From Octopus bimaculoides (Eukaryota): a DNA stretch of 64,000 nt. This document shows positions 42,545 to 55,714 of the stretch, in pieces (positions within the stretch are counted from its first letter, which is position 1; every line of letters starts with the position of its first letter). The notes beneath the pieces are model-generated. The model did no database searches. It saw nothing but the letters and a program-made list of their open reading frames with translations, and was not told where the DNA came from. Both the position numbers and the translations under genes were made by a program. Where the stretch lies: positions 55,819,215 to 55,883,214 of the forward strand of contig NC_068982.1 of the NCBI RefSeq assembly GCF_001194135.2. The letters are read 5' to 3'.

Positions 42545-44790
42545 ATATAATGTTTAATTTTGCTCTGTATACTCTGAACACGTATTTCATAGAAGTTGAC
42601 ATTGCTCTACATACCGTTTGGTTAGCCGATAAAATAAATGCTAGCTATGTTTAGAATCGATAAAGTAAACACCAACCATATTGTCGAGTCCATTGGTTCA
42701 ACTTCATCGAAAGCGTGGCCTTTATTCCCATATGAGAAATAACAATAACGTTTTCAAATCTTGGCACAAGACCATCGATTTTAGGGGAAGACGTAAGTCA
42801 GTTACGTCGATCTCCCACTCCCAGTGCTCAACTAGTACGTTATTTTAGCAATCCCCCAAAAGATAAATGGCAGAGTTGACCATGGTGGAATTTGAACTTA
42901 GAATGTAGAGTCAGAGGAAATGCTGCTGAACATTTTGTTCGACGCACTAACGACTCTCCTAGCTCGCTGCCTTAGAAAAAAAAATAATTGTTTCTAACAT
43001 AAGCACAAGGTCAGAAACTACAGGGAAGGGGAGTGTCTATAAAGTCAACATTAGTAACACTTATTTTATTGACTTTGGAATGGTGAAAGATGAAGTTCCC
43101 TCGGCAGGAATTGAACACAGAACGTAATTGAAAAGGTGAAAGGTATTTTGTTTGACATTTATCGATTTAGCCGGTCCAACGCCTTAAATAATAAACATTT
43201 ATAACATAGCTACAGGACCAGAAATTTCGGGGATGGATATGGACGTTTAAATTGCCCCCAGTTTTTCACTAATACATTTTTTATAGATCCCAAAAAGACT
43301 TTGGTGAGGTTTGAACTCAGAATTTAAAGGGCCATAACCAAATGCCGTAAGATATTCTTTGCCTGACGTTCCATTGATTCTGCAAATCCACCGCTCAAAA
43401 TAGTAATCATAATTGTTTCTAATATTGGTTTCAAAGTTTGGCACAAGGCCAGCAATTTCGGGAGAGGGGGTAAATCAATTTCATCGACCCCAATGCTCAA
43501 CTAGTACTTATTTTGTCGACCCCGAACGGATGAAAAACAAAGTCGACCTCAGCAGAATTTGAACTCAAAACGTAAAAATGGACGAAATGACATTTACGCA
43601 CTACGCCGGGTATTTTTTCGGGGTTCAATAAAATTAGTACTAGTTGAACATTGGGGATGATGTAATCGACTAGCCTCCCTCCTCTCTCCAAATTTCAGAC
43701 CTTGTACCTACAGTAGTGTGGAGGCGCAATGGCCCAGTGGTTAGGGCAGCGGACTCGCGGTCATAGGATCGTGGTTTCGATTCCCAGACAGGGCGTTATG
43801 AGTGTTTATTGAAAACACCTAAAGCTCCACGAAGCTCCGGCAGGGGATGGTGGCGAACCCTGCTGTACTCTTTCACCACAACTTTCTCTCACTCTTACTT
43901 CCTGTTTCTGTTCTGCCTGTAATTCAAAGAGCCGGACTTGTCACACACTGTCACGCCGAATATCCCCGAGAACTACGTTAAGGGTACACGTGTCTGTGGA
44001 GTGCTCAGCCACTTGCACGTTAATTTCACGAGCAGGCTGTTCCGTTGATCGGATCAACTGGAACCTTCGACGTCGTAAGCGACGGAGTGCCAACAACCTA
44101 TAGTAGTAAAAAGGAAAGGGATGTTAATACTTCTTTCAAGTTTTTGCACAAGGCTAGCAGTTTTAGTGGGGAGGGAGACGCTGATTACATCGGATTCAGT
44201 ATTTGACTGGTACTTAATATTACGGACACCGAAAAGATGAAAGACAAAGTTGATTCCTTTGGGGTTTGAACTCAGAACGTAATCAGTCAGCGGAAATGCC
44301 ACAAAACATTTTTTTCCAAAGCGTTAATAATTCTGCTTCCTCACATTTCATAACCTAAATAACAATCATAATAATCCTTCCTACTAGAGGCATAAGGCCT
44401 GAAATTTGGGTGAGAGGTAGTCTCTTACATCGACTTCAATGCTCAATTGATATTTATTTTATCGGACCCGAAAGGATGTAAGGTAGATCAACTTCGGCGG
44501 AACACTGAACGTAGAGCCGAAGTAAATGCCGTTAAGCATTTTCTTCCGGCGTGCTAATGATTCTGTCAGCTTGCCACCTTTGCAGCCCTACTAAGTCGTT
44601 AGTGGATTAGATACAATGCCCTGTTTCGACTCTCTGCGCTCTGCGTTCAAATTTGCACGTACGTCACCTTTGCCGTTCCCTTTTCAAGGCCAATAAAATA
44701 ACGTAGCCGTCGGTTTAATTGGCTGACCACTCCTAATTTCTGGCCTTGTACCTACGTGAGAAATCATCATTATTATAATCATTTATTATT
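42545..44790. mobile_element. Dense cluster of about nine SINE family C copies in both orientations, with one nested family D SINE
   Basis: Minus copies start near 42755, 42995, 43190, 43425, 44130 and 44375; plus copies near 42545, 43610 and 44610. Confidence 0.85.
43718..44095 (+). mobile_element. SINE family D (tRNA-derived, OR1-like), full length, with 12-bp TSD
   Basis: A-box TGGCCCAGTGG, B-box GTTTCGATTCC; flanked by ACCTACAGTAGT (43706-43717) and ACCTATAGTAGT (44096-44107). Confidence 0.92.
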
Positions 44791-46974
44791 ATAATAAATA
44801 TATAGTCATTTATCATTAATCACTCTTTTATTACATATTTAGAAGTGTCATCATCCTGTGTCTCTTGCCGAAGAATACAATCTATTTCTTCAGAAAATTT
44901 CTATGAGCCTAGATTGAGGTATAAAGCGAAAGCTAAGGCTTTAGATTTTGTATTTCATTTTATTACTGTTTACTAACTAAGAACTAATTAACAGATATTA
45001 GTAGGGGAAACGTAACTTGTAACAAACATTGAATGAGCACAAAACAATTCTGCATTATCAATAACACATATACCAGTAATTCATTGAAAGAAACTGGTAA
45101 CATGTACATTGACACTTCTAATAATCCATATATCAAGATGTTGTCTCACAAAAATGTGGCAGCAGTAGCAGCAACAATAACGTTATTGGTGAAGCTAGTG
45201 GGACTGTTGACAATTAGACAAACACTGAAAAAAGATTTTCATATTCTTGTTAAATGATAACTAGGATTATCGGAATGCCGCTTTTAGCAAAACACTCCTT
45301 ACATGACGTTAGAGAGAGAACCCCTAGCTCTTCGGATTAGTGGAAAACATTCCACCTTGGACTTGAAAACAATAGCAATAGTCTTCAAGGAAAGTTTTGC
45401 TTAATAACTATCGAAACAATCTTTCTTGTCACTTACGGCTGATATGTCGTCTTGAACTTCCTCCTTCAAAGCGTTAAAACCTACTTCACAGGCGGAGCAA
45501 TTTAAAGATGGATAAGGAGATTAAACAGTAAATAAAGAATATGTTGAGAAAATAACATAACAGAGAGCTGAAGTCATTTAAAAAATATTTTTGAATTTTC
45601 TTTCTTTTGATTTTTGTCTTTTGATTGAAAGAAATAAAATACGAACAAAAAGTGGAGTATTTGATATTTTTAAAAACAATTTGTCTTTCAAAGAAAACAA
45701 AATTATCAACATTTTTATAAAGCTGTAGAATAAGATTTTTTTTTTTCGTTTTTCTCTAAGCTTTTATCTCAAAAATGTTAATACTCTGCAAATTGTCAAT
45801 GTAGTTTGTAATGTTATCTTTTTATTATCAAAAACCACGTTTTATTCATAATTTTTGTTTTCTATAATATATCTTTAAGATCATTGCCATTATTTACATT
45901 ATTTACAGTCTTCAGTAAATTCTAAACAATTATTCTTTATTATATCTGTTCCGGAAATGGTGTTTATTCTTATACCGACAGTTGGATATTTAATGTTTCA
46001 ATTGAAACCATTTATAAAGGTTACAAACCTTGAATAAAGATTATAGCAACGGAAGTTACTGACTAATCAGATTGAAATCATTGTTTTATGAAATATAACA
46101 ATGAAATTTAGTAAAATAACTAACGTAAAACAAGAAGTCTTTCTTTTTGTGAAGTTGAATTACGTAATTTACAGGAAAACCATACTAAACAAATTGTTTA
46201 TTTCATACAATATTATATTTTAAAAAGAAACAAGAAATGACACCTATTTAATACGTAAAAAAATAATTTCAACGCAAGCAAAGTTAAACATATTGTATAC
46301 TGAAATAAGTTATATTATCTTAAAATGTTTGTAGATATCTAAGTTTTTGTCATTGTAGCAATTAAAACATACTCGCACATTGTTATATTCACACTTACAT
46401 TATTTGTAGATTTAAAAAATCAATATTATATAATATTAAGTATAAAAGATTTTCGTTGTACACCTATAATCTTCTTTCTGATGCATTACTTCTGTACATA
46501 ACAACTTGATGTCAAATAATAAAAGTAAATATGACAGTGTCTCTGTTTTTTATCATGGTATGACTCTACCATGATACAGATTGTTTGTTTCGAGTAAGCA
46601 CACATGTCTTTATACATTTACTGTCTAATTAAAAAGCTTCTAAAAATTTCTCACGTGGCTTACACGGTGAATCGGTTTTGTTACTAAAGTAACAGGTCGC
46701 TATAAAGATGAGAAATAAAGAAAACAAAAAATGATCTGCGTTGGTAAAATCTGACCACGAAGTAACAAGTGCTAGAACTTTGAATAGACAAAAAACATAT
46801 TTAGCCAGTAGGTCATTGCGGGCAGAAGCTCATCATTTGTAACATTTATGTCTTCTGACACATGATCGATTAAACTATTCACATCTGAAACTGATACAAA
46901 GCTCATAGAGAAATTCACCTGGAGTGAAATTTGAACTCCAAACAAAAAGGGACGTAATTGTGTGAAAAAAACAC

Positions 46975-47100
46975 TAAAGCGGTAAATTAGTAGAAATGCC
47001 GGACGATATGCATAGCGTTTCTTTTTTCTGGATTCAAATCCCCGCCGAAACTAGCCTTGCCTTTCCACCTTGCAAAGTCGATAAATAAAGTATTAATCTA
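46975..47100 (+). mobile_element. SINE family C, decayed
   Basis: ggattcaaatcccgccgaaactagccttgcctttccacc...gtcgataaataaag. Confidence 0.6.
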
Positions 47101-47526
47101 CGGTGACGGACTGGCAACATGATTACAAAGTCGGACGATAGTAGGGCTTGAGTTATTTCTTTCGGTTATTTGTACTATGAGTACACAGCAGAAGACATTG
47201 GAAGCGTCTCTATGTACATACCTGTAACTAACCATAGTTAGGATTAGAGTGGCCCATGGTATTCAGCTTGTTGCGTGATGATGACGGAACTACTATAATT
47301 TAAGTGAAAATGAATAGAAATTTGTACGAGCATCTTTCCTCGCGATGTCATTAACAGAGTCAATAAAATAAAACAGATAATCAAAGTAAATCACTCATAT
47401 GGTTCGATTGGTGTTTAACTCTTATTCTACAAAATTTTATTACTACAACTAAAACAGTAAAAATAGACAAATAACAATCCAACGGAAACTGCTACGTGAT
47501 CGCCCGACCTTCTTGATAGGAGCGAA

Positions 47527-47640
47527 GGCACGTGTTCTTGTGGTGAGGGTGTTAAGTTCCTGGACCGGGTGGTGTGTTGTATCCTTGAGCAAGGGTAAAA
47601 AGATAATTGCTCCACTTTACTCAGCTGCAAATTAATACCA
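47527..47640 (+). mobile_element. Decayed CORE-type SINE
   Basis: gtgttgtatccttgagcaagg...tgctccactttactcagctg. Confidence 0.55.
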
Positions 47641-49227
47641 ATCAGGTGCTCTGTTTCCAGCTGTAACATCCTGGATATGCCGCTGGATGAAAAATTCTAA
47701 AATAACAGGTATCAAACCAAATGGAGCCACTACGTGATCACCCGACTTGCTAGCAACCAAACCTCCTTCAAACCACTTATCACCATCTTTAAAAGAAAGC
47801 ATGTCTTGGATAAACTATACCAAGAACAGCCATAGGTCTTCTTGACTAGAGTAACCCTGGGACTAAGCAAAAATAACAACGAAAAATAATCTATTTTGTC
47901 AAGACAGGAGGCAAAGAGGATCGAATGTAGGGAGAAGTTATAGTGAACTGCATTTGGTTGCTATTTAAAGGACTTTTATTTCTCCAAAATCAGTGAGTTG
48001 TGGCCTTGCTATTTTGAATTGGATCATATTTTATAAAATGTTTATACAACTGATTTCTGAATATTTTGATATTCTAACAGAATACCTCTATTTTATTAAA
48101 ACCTATTCCCCGATACTTCTGCGGATCTCTCTGCTATAAAATTGTGGCCAAGTTTGTGATAGCGATTATTATGATTACGATAATGTTGCTTATATGAAAT
48201 GATAACAGAACGTGACTAGAAAATTATATAAGCATTAACAATTGCATCAATTTAGAAAGAATGAAAAGCAATACTACATCTTATCCATCCCTAGATTTAC
48301 AAATAGATGAGAAAATTCATATGAACTCAACTTCCTAATCCAATCAACTTAAAATTTTGAAAGCTACCTTAGCTATACAGAGAAATAAAATATCATTTCT
48401 TGTAAATGCATTAAAAGCTCTGTATATCACCCTTGTGGACATCTAAATCATTCTATTCTAGCTCAGCAAAATGCAAGCAGCATGATGCTAACCGCAATGA
48501 AAAACACGTGGTAATGACAATAAAGATGGCACGCAAAATATAATAGTTAACATCATTTCATTTTTGACATCATGTCCTACTTTCTCTCATTGGTCTCTAT
48601 TCCTGCTAAGTCACATTGAGCCACTGATGAAGGAATTTGGCATCAGTGCCAATATTTTCTTATTTATATGTGATTTCATAAATTATAAACTCTTTTGAAA
48701 TAAAGTTTCTGAAGGTTAGTTCAAATCCAGTTCATACTGTTAATAATAACAAAATTATATTAAGTATCTGTTAAGAAGAAAAAATGAAAATCGTCCTAAA
48801 TACACTATTTTATTTAATGAATACACGGAAAATATGGATCATTATTAACTTTTTAACAAGACATTAAATGATAATCTACAAAACAAAGTTACAAATTATT
48901 CAAATATTATTAATAAATGTATAGATTGTAAAGTGCAATAAAGGCATGTCTTTTTTGAGTAACAATGATACATACATAAACATGCGCGCGCACACATACA
49001 TGCATGCATACATACATACATACATACATATATCTATTACTTGTTACAGTCATTGGACCCAATACTTATTATTTTTAAGTCTGATACTTATTCTATCGAT
49101 CTCTCTTTCCCGGGGTATAAACAAACCAACAACGATTGTCAGATACATACATACATATCTATCTCTATCTAAATATGAATATATAAATATGTACATACAG
49201 ACACACACACACACACACACACATATA

Positions 49228-49632
49228 CTCTTTTACTTGTTTCTGTCATTCAACTGCAGCCATGCTGAAGCACTGCCTTTAGTCGAGCAAATCGACCCCA
49301 GGACTCATTCTTTGTAAGTCTAGTACTTATTCTATCGATCATTTTGCCGAACCGCTAAGTAACGGGGACGTAAACACACCAGCATCGGTTGTCTAGTGAT
49401 GTTGGGGAGACAAACAGACACACAAACACACGCACGCACGCACACANNNNNNNNNNACACACACACACATACACGACTGGCTTCTTTCAGTTTCCGCCTA
49501 CCAAATCCACTCACAAGGCTTTGATCGTCTCGGAGCTATAGTAGAAGACACTTGCCCAAGGTGCCACGCAGTGGGACTGAACCCAGAACCATGTGGTTGG
49601 TAAGCAAGCTACTTACCACACAGTCACTCCTA
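49228..49632 (-). mobile_element. SINE family A, full length (plus a partial copy at ~49030-49140)
   Basis: Near-consensus match to 5668-6066. Confidence 0.9.
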
Positions 49633-50149
49633 TTTTCTTATCCCATTCAAATAGCTAAACCTGCAAATAAGTAGAACAGATATAACCTAATCCTAGGTAT
49701 AGACTGGAAGACAAAAGAAACTTCCACATTTTTTCAAAAGCTTTATTTAATTTTTTTTATAGATCTATTTACGTACTCGTTTTACCAGGTTTTCAAGCAT
49801 ACAAAATTCTCTGACGATATTTACTCAATATTCTAAGCTGTATTCAATTACTTTTACTGTATTTCTGTACTTCCCGGCGTTGCTTTTTCACGTAGAAGAA
49901 ATACGATTGAAAACAACTCAGGTCAAAGGACATGTCATTTTTCATTGTGTGATTTGAAATATCTTGGTTATCCATGGAATTAAAATGTCTTAGTTTTCTT
50001 TGTGCATCTGTTTGCATTACGTGTCTAAATCTTTTTCTCTGCCAGTTATCGTTACTTGTACATGCTTATGTTTGTGCACATTGTATTGTAGATAAATAAA
50101 ATATCTGTGTATCTATCTTACAATATATCTACGTATTTGCTTCTTTCCT

Positions 50150-50180
<31 letters not shown>

Positions 50181-51354
50181 CTTTCTTGCTTAATATTTTT
50201 CATTGTCCGTTTCATAATTATCTAAGTTCAGGTGTCGTAAGTCTTAAATTGCACTATAATGGGGCTAGCTTCTGACTAGCAAACTTATACTACTTCTTGT
50301 TTTACCCTCGTTTTGTTGTTGTTGGTAGTGTTTAGCCATAAGAAAGCCATTTCAGAGCATATCTATGATCAAAAGTGTTCCAGATGTGACCACTCCATCT
50401 TATTTTTTCTACAACTACATAATGCAATGCCTTCCCTTTTTAAGACTATTACGTGATTTGTGAAAGATTTGTTTGCTATATTTTTGTATTTAGGGATGGG
50501 AGAGTTAAAAGTCTTAATCATCTTAATTGATACTGTCACCTGATGAAGTGGATTGTCACGTAGTAGCAATCAATGAAATAATTTTGTTTGAATCAGCACA
50601 AGATTAACCGCCGTTACCCAAATTTGCAGACCTAACGAGGAGCCTGATAGAAATAAAAAAAATTCTAAAATCGCACTCTACCGGCTTAAAAAGGATACTT
50701 AAACAATGTACTAGATATCCCGAAAAAGATGGGTCAGTCATGACTGGGAAGCCTTTGATCATAAGTCTACTCATCCAGGACTGACGTTCCAGTTAAACAG
50801 CAACTTGCTATCTTAATAATAACAGTAATGATTTCAAATTCCGGCCTAAAATTTATGGTGTCACGCATTTTGTTGACTTCTGAAGGACGAAAAGCATAAC
50901 CTACCATGACTAAATACAGTACAAGATTTTTTCCGGCTATCAACAGTCACTACCGCCTTCAATAATATTGATAGCACCAGTTTTGTGAAAGTGATGCAGT
51001 CAATTCGGTTGACGAAGTTGGAAATAATTGTGTGTTGTAAATAATAGTAAATATAATAACAGCATATTTTTTCATCGCGATAGTCATACTCTTGATACTG
51101 ATAAGCATAAAAATATAATATGCATGTAATAGCAATGTTAATGTTAACAGTATTGACATTGTGATTTCTGGTCACCGTGTTTCTTCAGTGACAGCAAAGC
51201 TGACCTCTGCTGTTAATGTTGTTGGAGTTTGGCAGTATTCCATGCTGTTGATGTTGTTGTAATTTGGCAGTATTCCAGTTGAACAAGAAGTCGACAGTAC
51301 ACTCACATAAGGGATGATTTAACGGTTCATGTGACTGTAAAGATCAATAACTGG

Positions 51355-51900
51355 TTATCAAAGCCATAAACAAATACTGTAGAAGGAGAAAGAAAGATTT
51401 TAAGTTGGTGTGACTACTATAAGGCCTTTCACGGTGTGTCGCCACACATGGATGCTAGGAACATTAATCATGAGTAAAGTAGTATTAATAATAAGCGGAT
51501 ACAGTTAGTCTGTCGTGAGTAAATGGCAAACAATCTTATAGGTATAGACAAAAGAAAAAATTATAAAAGGTTACCTAATATCTATTGGATGAGGAATATT
51601 CAATGAGGTTTATGTGTCTAGTTCTTTCTTCCCTAGTTCAAATTCTTTCGAGTAATATGTAAAACCAAAACGGACTTAGATAAAAATGCTATGAGAGGGT
51701 AAATAACCATCTTTTGTATATGGCAATCTCAAATTGTACGCTGCAGATGATAAACAGCTAAAAACACTGCCGCAGAGAGTACATGGATTTACTAGAGGAA
51801 TTGATGTGAAATTTTAGGGTAACCATGAAGTAAGAAAAATTAAACAAGAACACCAATGAGATAGAGAATAAAGAATATGTGGAGATTAAGAAGAAATAGT
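51355..51900 (+). mobile_element. Decayed R4-clade RT fragment
   Basis: KAINKYCRRRKKD; WCDYYKAF; GIF; INHLLY..LKLYAADD. Confidence 0.7.
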
Positions 51901-52049
51901 TTACCATTTGTCTCTATCTGTTTGCGGGCAATATTTGGATCAGGGTGCAAAAAAAAAAAAAGGCCTTGGCAATAGTTTGCGTAAAGTGATTCTAAGGATT
52001 GTTTAGTAATTTATATTAATGTATTGTGTTTTGCACGCCTAATATAATT

Positions 52050-53440
52050 GGGGCTCATCACCTCGCTATTCTACACTGAATTTGTTCAGAGATGGTCGCA
52101 TATATCCTTCATGCATTTTATCAGTTCTTCGTTTGTCGTGGAAATTATTGCGAATTTCAATACGACGCGAAGGAAAATGAGCTCAATTTCTCTTTAAGGT
52201 TTTTATGATGGTATCCAACTTCATCTGCAATGTATTTATCTATTAACAATTGAATCACTGTATGAAATACAACCTGGCACAAGCACATTTTATCCCATAT
52301 GTCATTCCGATCTGCAAGTCTTTTCTTGTGTATTTAGTTAACATTCCCGTAATAGCCTTTGATCTTTAGTTCTTACCTCGCACAATTTTTCTGACAAAAA
52401 ACAGAATAATTTTGCCTTGTGTTTTCCAATTCAATGTATCAGGTAGATAAAAAAAAACAAAGCAAAAACATTCCTGTTCTGTACGAATCATTTGTTTCCA
52501 AGTTTAGCTTAACATTGATCAATACTTTTGGCTACTAAGAATATCAGACATTTCAGTTCTTCCTAAATGTCTCTCTACATTTTTTTCGAATCATAGTCTT
52601 TCACTTTTTATCACTTCTCACAATTTCTCAAAGGTTTTGCTTATCTGCATCAATGTTAGTGTGGTTTTCTTCGTCAACATACAAGGCCTAAGCTATACTT
52701 ATTTATCTAATCATACTATTATTATATTTTAGTAGTTTTATTAATTTTGCTGTTTACTCAATACAGCTCTGTGTACCTTGGATACGAGTAGTGCTTTGCT
52801 CTGGTTTTCTATTTTCTATTGTATTAAAGATGCTGTAATTAATGTGTAAAATGTCTAATAGCTCTAGTTATTCTCTGTGCGTCGTACTTGTGACTAGGCG
52901 GTTTGGTTTTGGCTGTGAAGTTTTTAATCATTCCCAAGGTACTTATTAGTATAGGGATTGTTTCTGGTTTTAGTCCCCACATTCTGGTTACATCTGTTTT
53001 CATCTTTATATTTTAATACTTAATCCATTTCTAGTAAAGATACATTATCTTCTAAGGGAACTGATGCTACGATTGGTAGACACTTCTGGATAGTCCTTGG
53101 CAGCAACGATATACCATCAATTAGCCTACATCATCATGCATTTGTAGATTGGCAATATATCAGAATATAATTGCTTTGGCATATTCTAAGATTTAGACGC
53201 TTTGGCGTATCCTAAATTTATATATATTTTTTTCTTTTGGTGTTTCATAAACTTGGCATAACTTCCTGTGCATGAAAGTCCGGTCTCTGCCATACAGGTT
53301 GATACATTCTCTCTTGGCTAACACTTGGCAGCCAGAGACACTGCGATAAGTTGTTTATTCTCATCAGCCACATATTTTTCATCTATCATGATACAGTGTT
53401 ATCAGTTAAAATTCTTCTCTTCATGGTTGCCTTCGAATAA
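52050..53440 (-). mobile_element. Decayed R4-clade fragments: endonuclease/zinc-finger region (~53440-52800) and RT region (~52450-52050)
   Basis: SVSGCQVLAKRECINLYGRDRTFMHRKLCQVYE; CLPIVASVPLEDNVSLLEM; RMWGLKPETIPILISTLGMIKK; QLLIDKYIADEVGYHHKNL. Confidence 0.75.
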
Positions 53441-53479
53441 TTTGCTAAAAAGAATTTCATATCAATTCCTCTATTGTTG

Positions 53480-53620
53480 ATAATTTAAGCAAAATGCCAG
53501 ACATTTTCGAGGGGTTTAGTCGTTTACATTGATCTCGGTACTTCATTCGTACTTTACTTTACAGAGGGATGAGGATGACAAGCAAAGTTGATCTCGGTGG
53601 AATTTGAACATGATATCATA
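53480..53620 (-). mobile_element. SINE family C fragment
   Basis: Family C reverse complement. Confidence 0.65.
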
Positions 53621-53839
53621 AATCCATGAATTATCTGCAGCAGCGGTTTTAGTTGTTTATCATCTGTAGCTTACACCTTGAGGTCGTCCAGATACAAAAC
53701 TGCCCAAAGCGATTTTTGGAGAAGAGAAACTGCATGAAATTGCTTAGGACTGTGGTGAGCTCCAGGTCATATAAGGACGGAGATTAATTTAGTTTCCAAG
53801 GCGTATAAGTGATTAAGATTACAAATGTTCCCAACCATG

Positions 53840-54028
53840 AACGGGATGTTGATCCGTCGCAGGGTTAACTTCTCATCTATTGATGGAACCCATTTACAGC
53901 TGAGTGAACTGGAGAAACTGGAAATGAAGTGTTTCGCTCAAGAACTCAACGCATCATCCGACTCGGGAATCGAAACTACAATCTTACGATCGTGAGTGCA
54001 ACACCCTAACCCTGGACCATGCGACTTC
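53840..54028 (-). mobile_element. CORE-type SINE (family B), tail type 3
   Basis: Reverse complement of 40787-41005 type. Confidence 0.8.
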
Positions 54029-54404
54029 ACGTGGACTACGTCATCAGAGATGAGACAATAGAAAGAAAGGATCAGAATTGTGGGGTTCCCTGATCTGACC
54101 TAGGTAGAGATTTCTCACCGGTATGTCAGTGGGTTACCCAATTTATATAGAATATTTTATATTTAAATTATATTTTGCTTTAGTTATTAATTACGTGTTT
54201 TATATTGTTTCATATCTAATCCGTTTTAAATTCATATCAAATTCTTAATGTTCTTTGCACAAAGTCCTCATCCACCTCAAATTTGTTTTATACAAATATG
54301 ACTTGACTATCCCATCACTATTTTCATTACCCCGAGTAGTTAGTTTTATTTGTACATATACGTGGACCCATATGTCCAAAAAGGAAAAAATGATACTACT
54401 ACTA

Positions 54405-54872
54405 ATAATAATAATTTCTAATATAGGCACAAGGCCTGGAATTTGTGGGGAGTGGGATAGTCGATCACATTGACCCCACTGTTTCACTGGTATTTAATTT
54501 ATCGACTCCGAAAGTATGAAAGGCAAAGTCAACCTCGGCGGAATTTGAACTCAGAACGTAGCGACAGGCGACATACCGCTAAGCATTTTACCTTGCGTGC
54601 TAACGATTCTGCCAGTTAGCCGCCTTGATAATAAAAATAATAATGATAATAATAATAATGGCTTCAAATTTTGCCACAAGGGCAGCAATTCTGTGGGAGG
54701 GAATGAGTCGATTACATCGACGCCAGTGTTTCACTAGTACTTAATTTATCGATCCCGAAAGAATGAAAGACAAAGTCAACCACGGCAGAATTTGAACTCA
54801 GAACGTAGCGATGGGCGAAGTACCGCTAAGCATTTTTGCCCGGCGTGCTAACCAAACTACCAGCTCGTCGCC

Positions 54873-54875
<3 letters not shown>
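54405..54875 (-). mobile_element. Two head-to-tail full-length SINE family C copies
   Basis: Near-consensus copies separated by (TAA)n. Confidence 0.92.
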
Positions 54876-54916
<41 letters not shown>

Positions 54917-55199
54917 TATTATATATATTCTTGTCATATATATATATTATATGCTAATTCTTGTTTTGCCATCTAAACTTCAAACTACTTTCATCACCGA
55001 AATACATACACATACACACAAACACACACTCGCATACGCACATACACACTCACATACACACTCGTGCATACACACACGTATGTAAACTATGTAATTATCT
55101 ATATGTGTGTGTGTAGAAATATATATTCATAGTTATAAATATTTACATATTTTGTATTTTTGCATGCGTTGTCTTCCTTAAATGCATAAGTTTATGAAT

Positions 55200-55501
55200 G
55201 GGCGTGGCTTAGTGGTTAGGGCATTCGACTCACGATCCTAAGATCGTGAGTTCGATTCCCGGTGACGCGTTGTGTCCTTGAGCATGACACTATATATCAC
55301 GTTGCTCCAGTCCACTCAGCTGGCAAAAATGAGTAGTACCTCTATTTCAAAGGGCCGGCCTTGTTACGCCGCTATGTGTCAGGCTGTGTCTCCCTGAGAC
55401 CTACGTTAAGGGTACACGTGTCTGTGGATTGCTCAGTCACTTGCACGTTAATTTCATAAGAAGGCTGTTTCATTGATTGTAGCAGCTGAGTGCTCCTTTA
55501 C
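55200..55501 (+). mobile_element. CORE-type SINE (OR2-like) carrying the family D 3' tail
   Basis: CORE block then ttcaaagggccggccttgt...ctacgttaagggtacacgtgtctgtgga..., matching 43920-44045. Confidence 0.88.
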
Positions 55502-55714
55502 NNNNNNNNNNNNNNNNNNNNNNNNNNNNNNNNNNNNNNNNNNNNNNNNNNNNNNNNNNNNNNNNNNNNNNNNNNNNNNNNNNNNNNNNNNNNNNNNNNN
55601 NNNNNNNNNNNNNNNNNNNNNNNNNNNNNNNNNNNNNNNNNNNNNNNNNNNNNNNNNNNNNNNNNNNNNNNNNNNNNNNNNNNNNNNNNNNNNNNNTAAA
55701 AATAATTCAGACAC

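Noticed and set aside
45437-45480. Possible 44-nt exon (GFNALKEEVQDDISA) with good splice signals
   Set aside because: Phase 1 in, phase 0 out, so it cannot alone bridge to the phase-1 protease exon; no domain similarity. Only RNA-seq could rescue it.
46750-46866. Phase-1 acceptor followed by 37 open codons (DVNSLIDHVSEDINV...)
   Set aside because: No homology or donor evidence; length within chance expectation.
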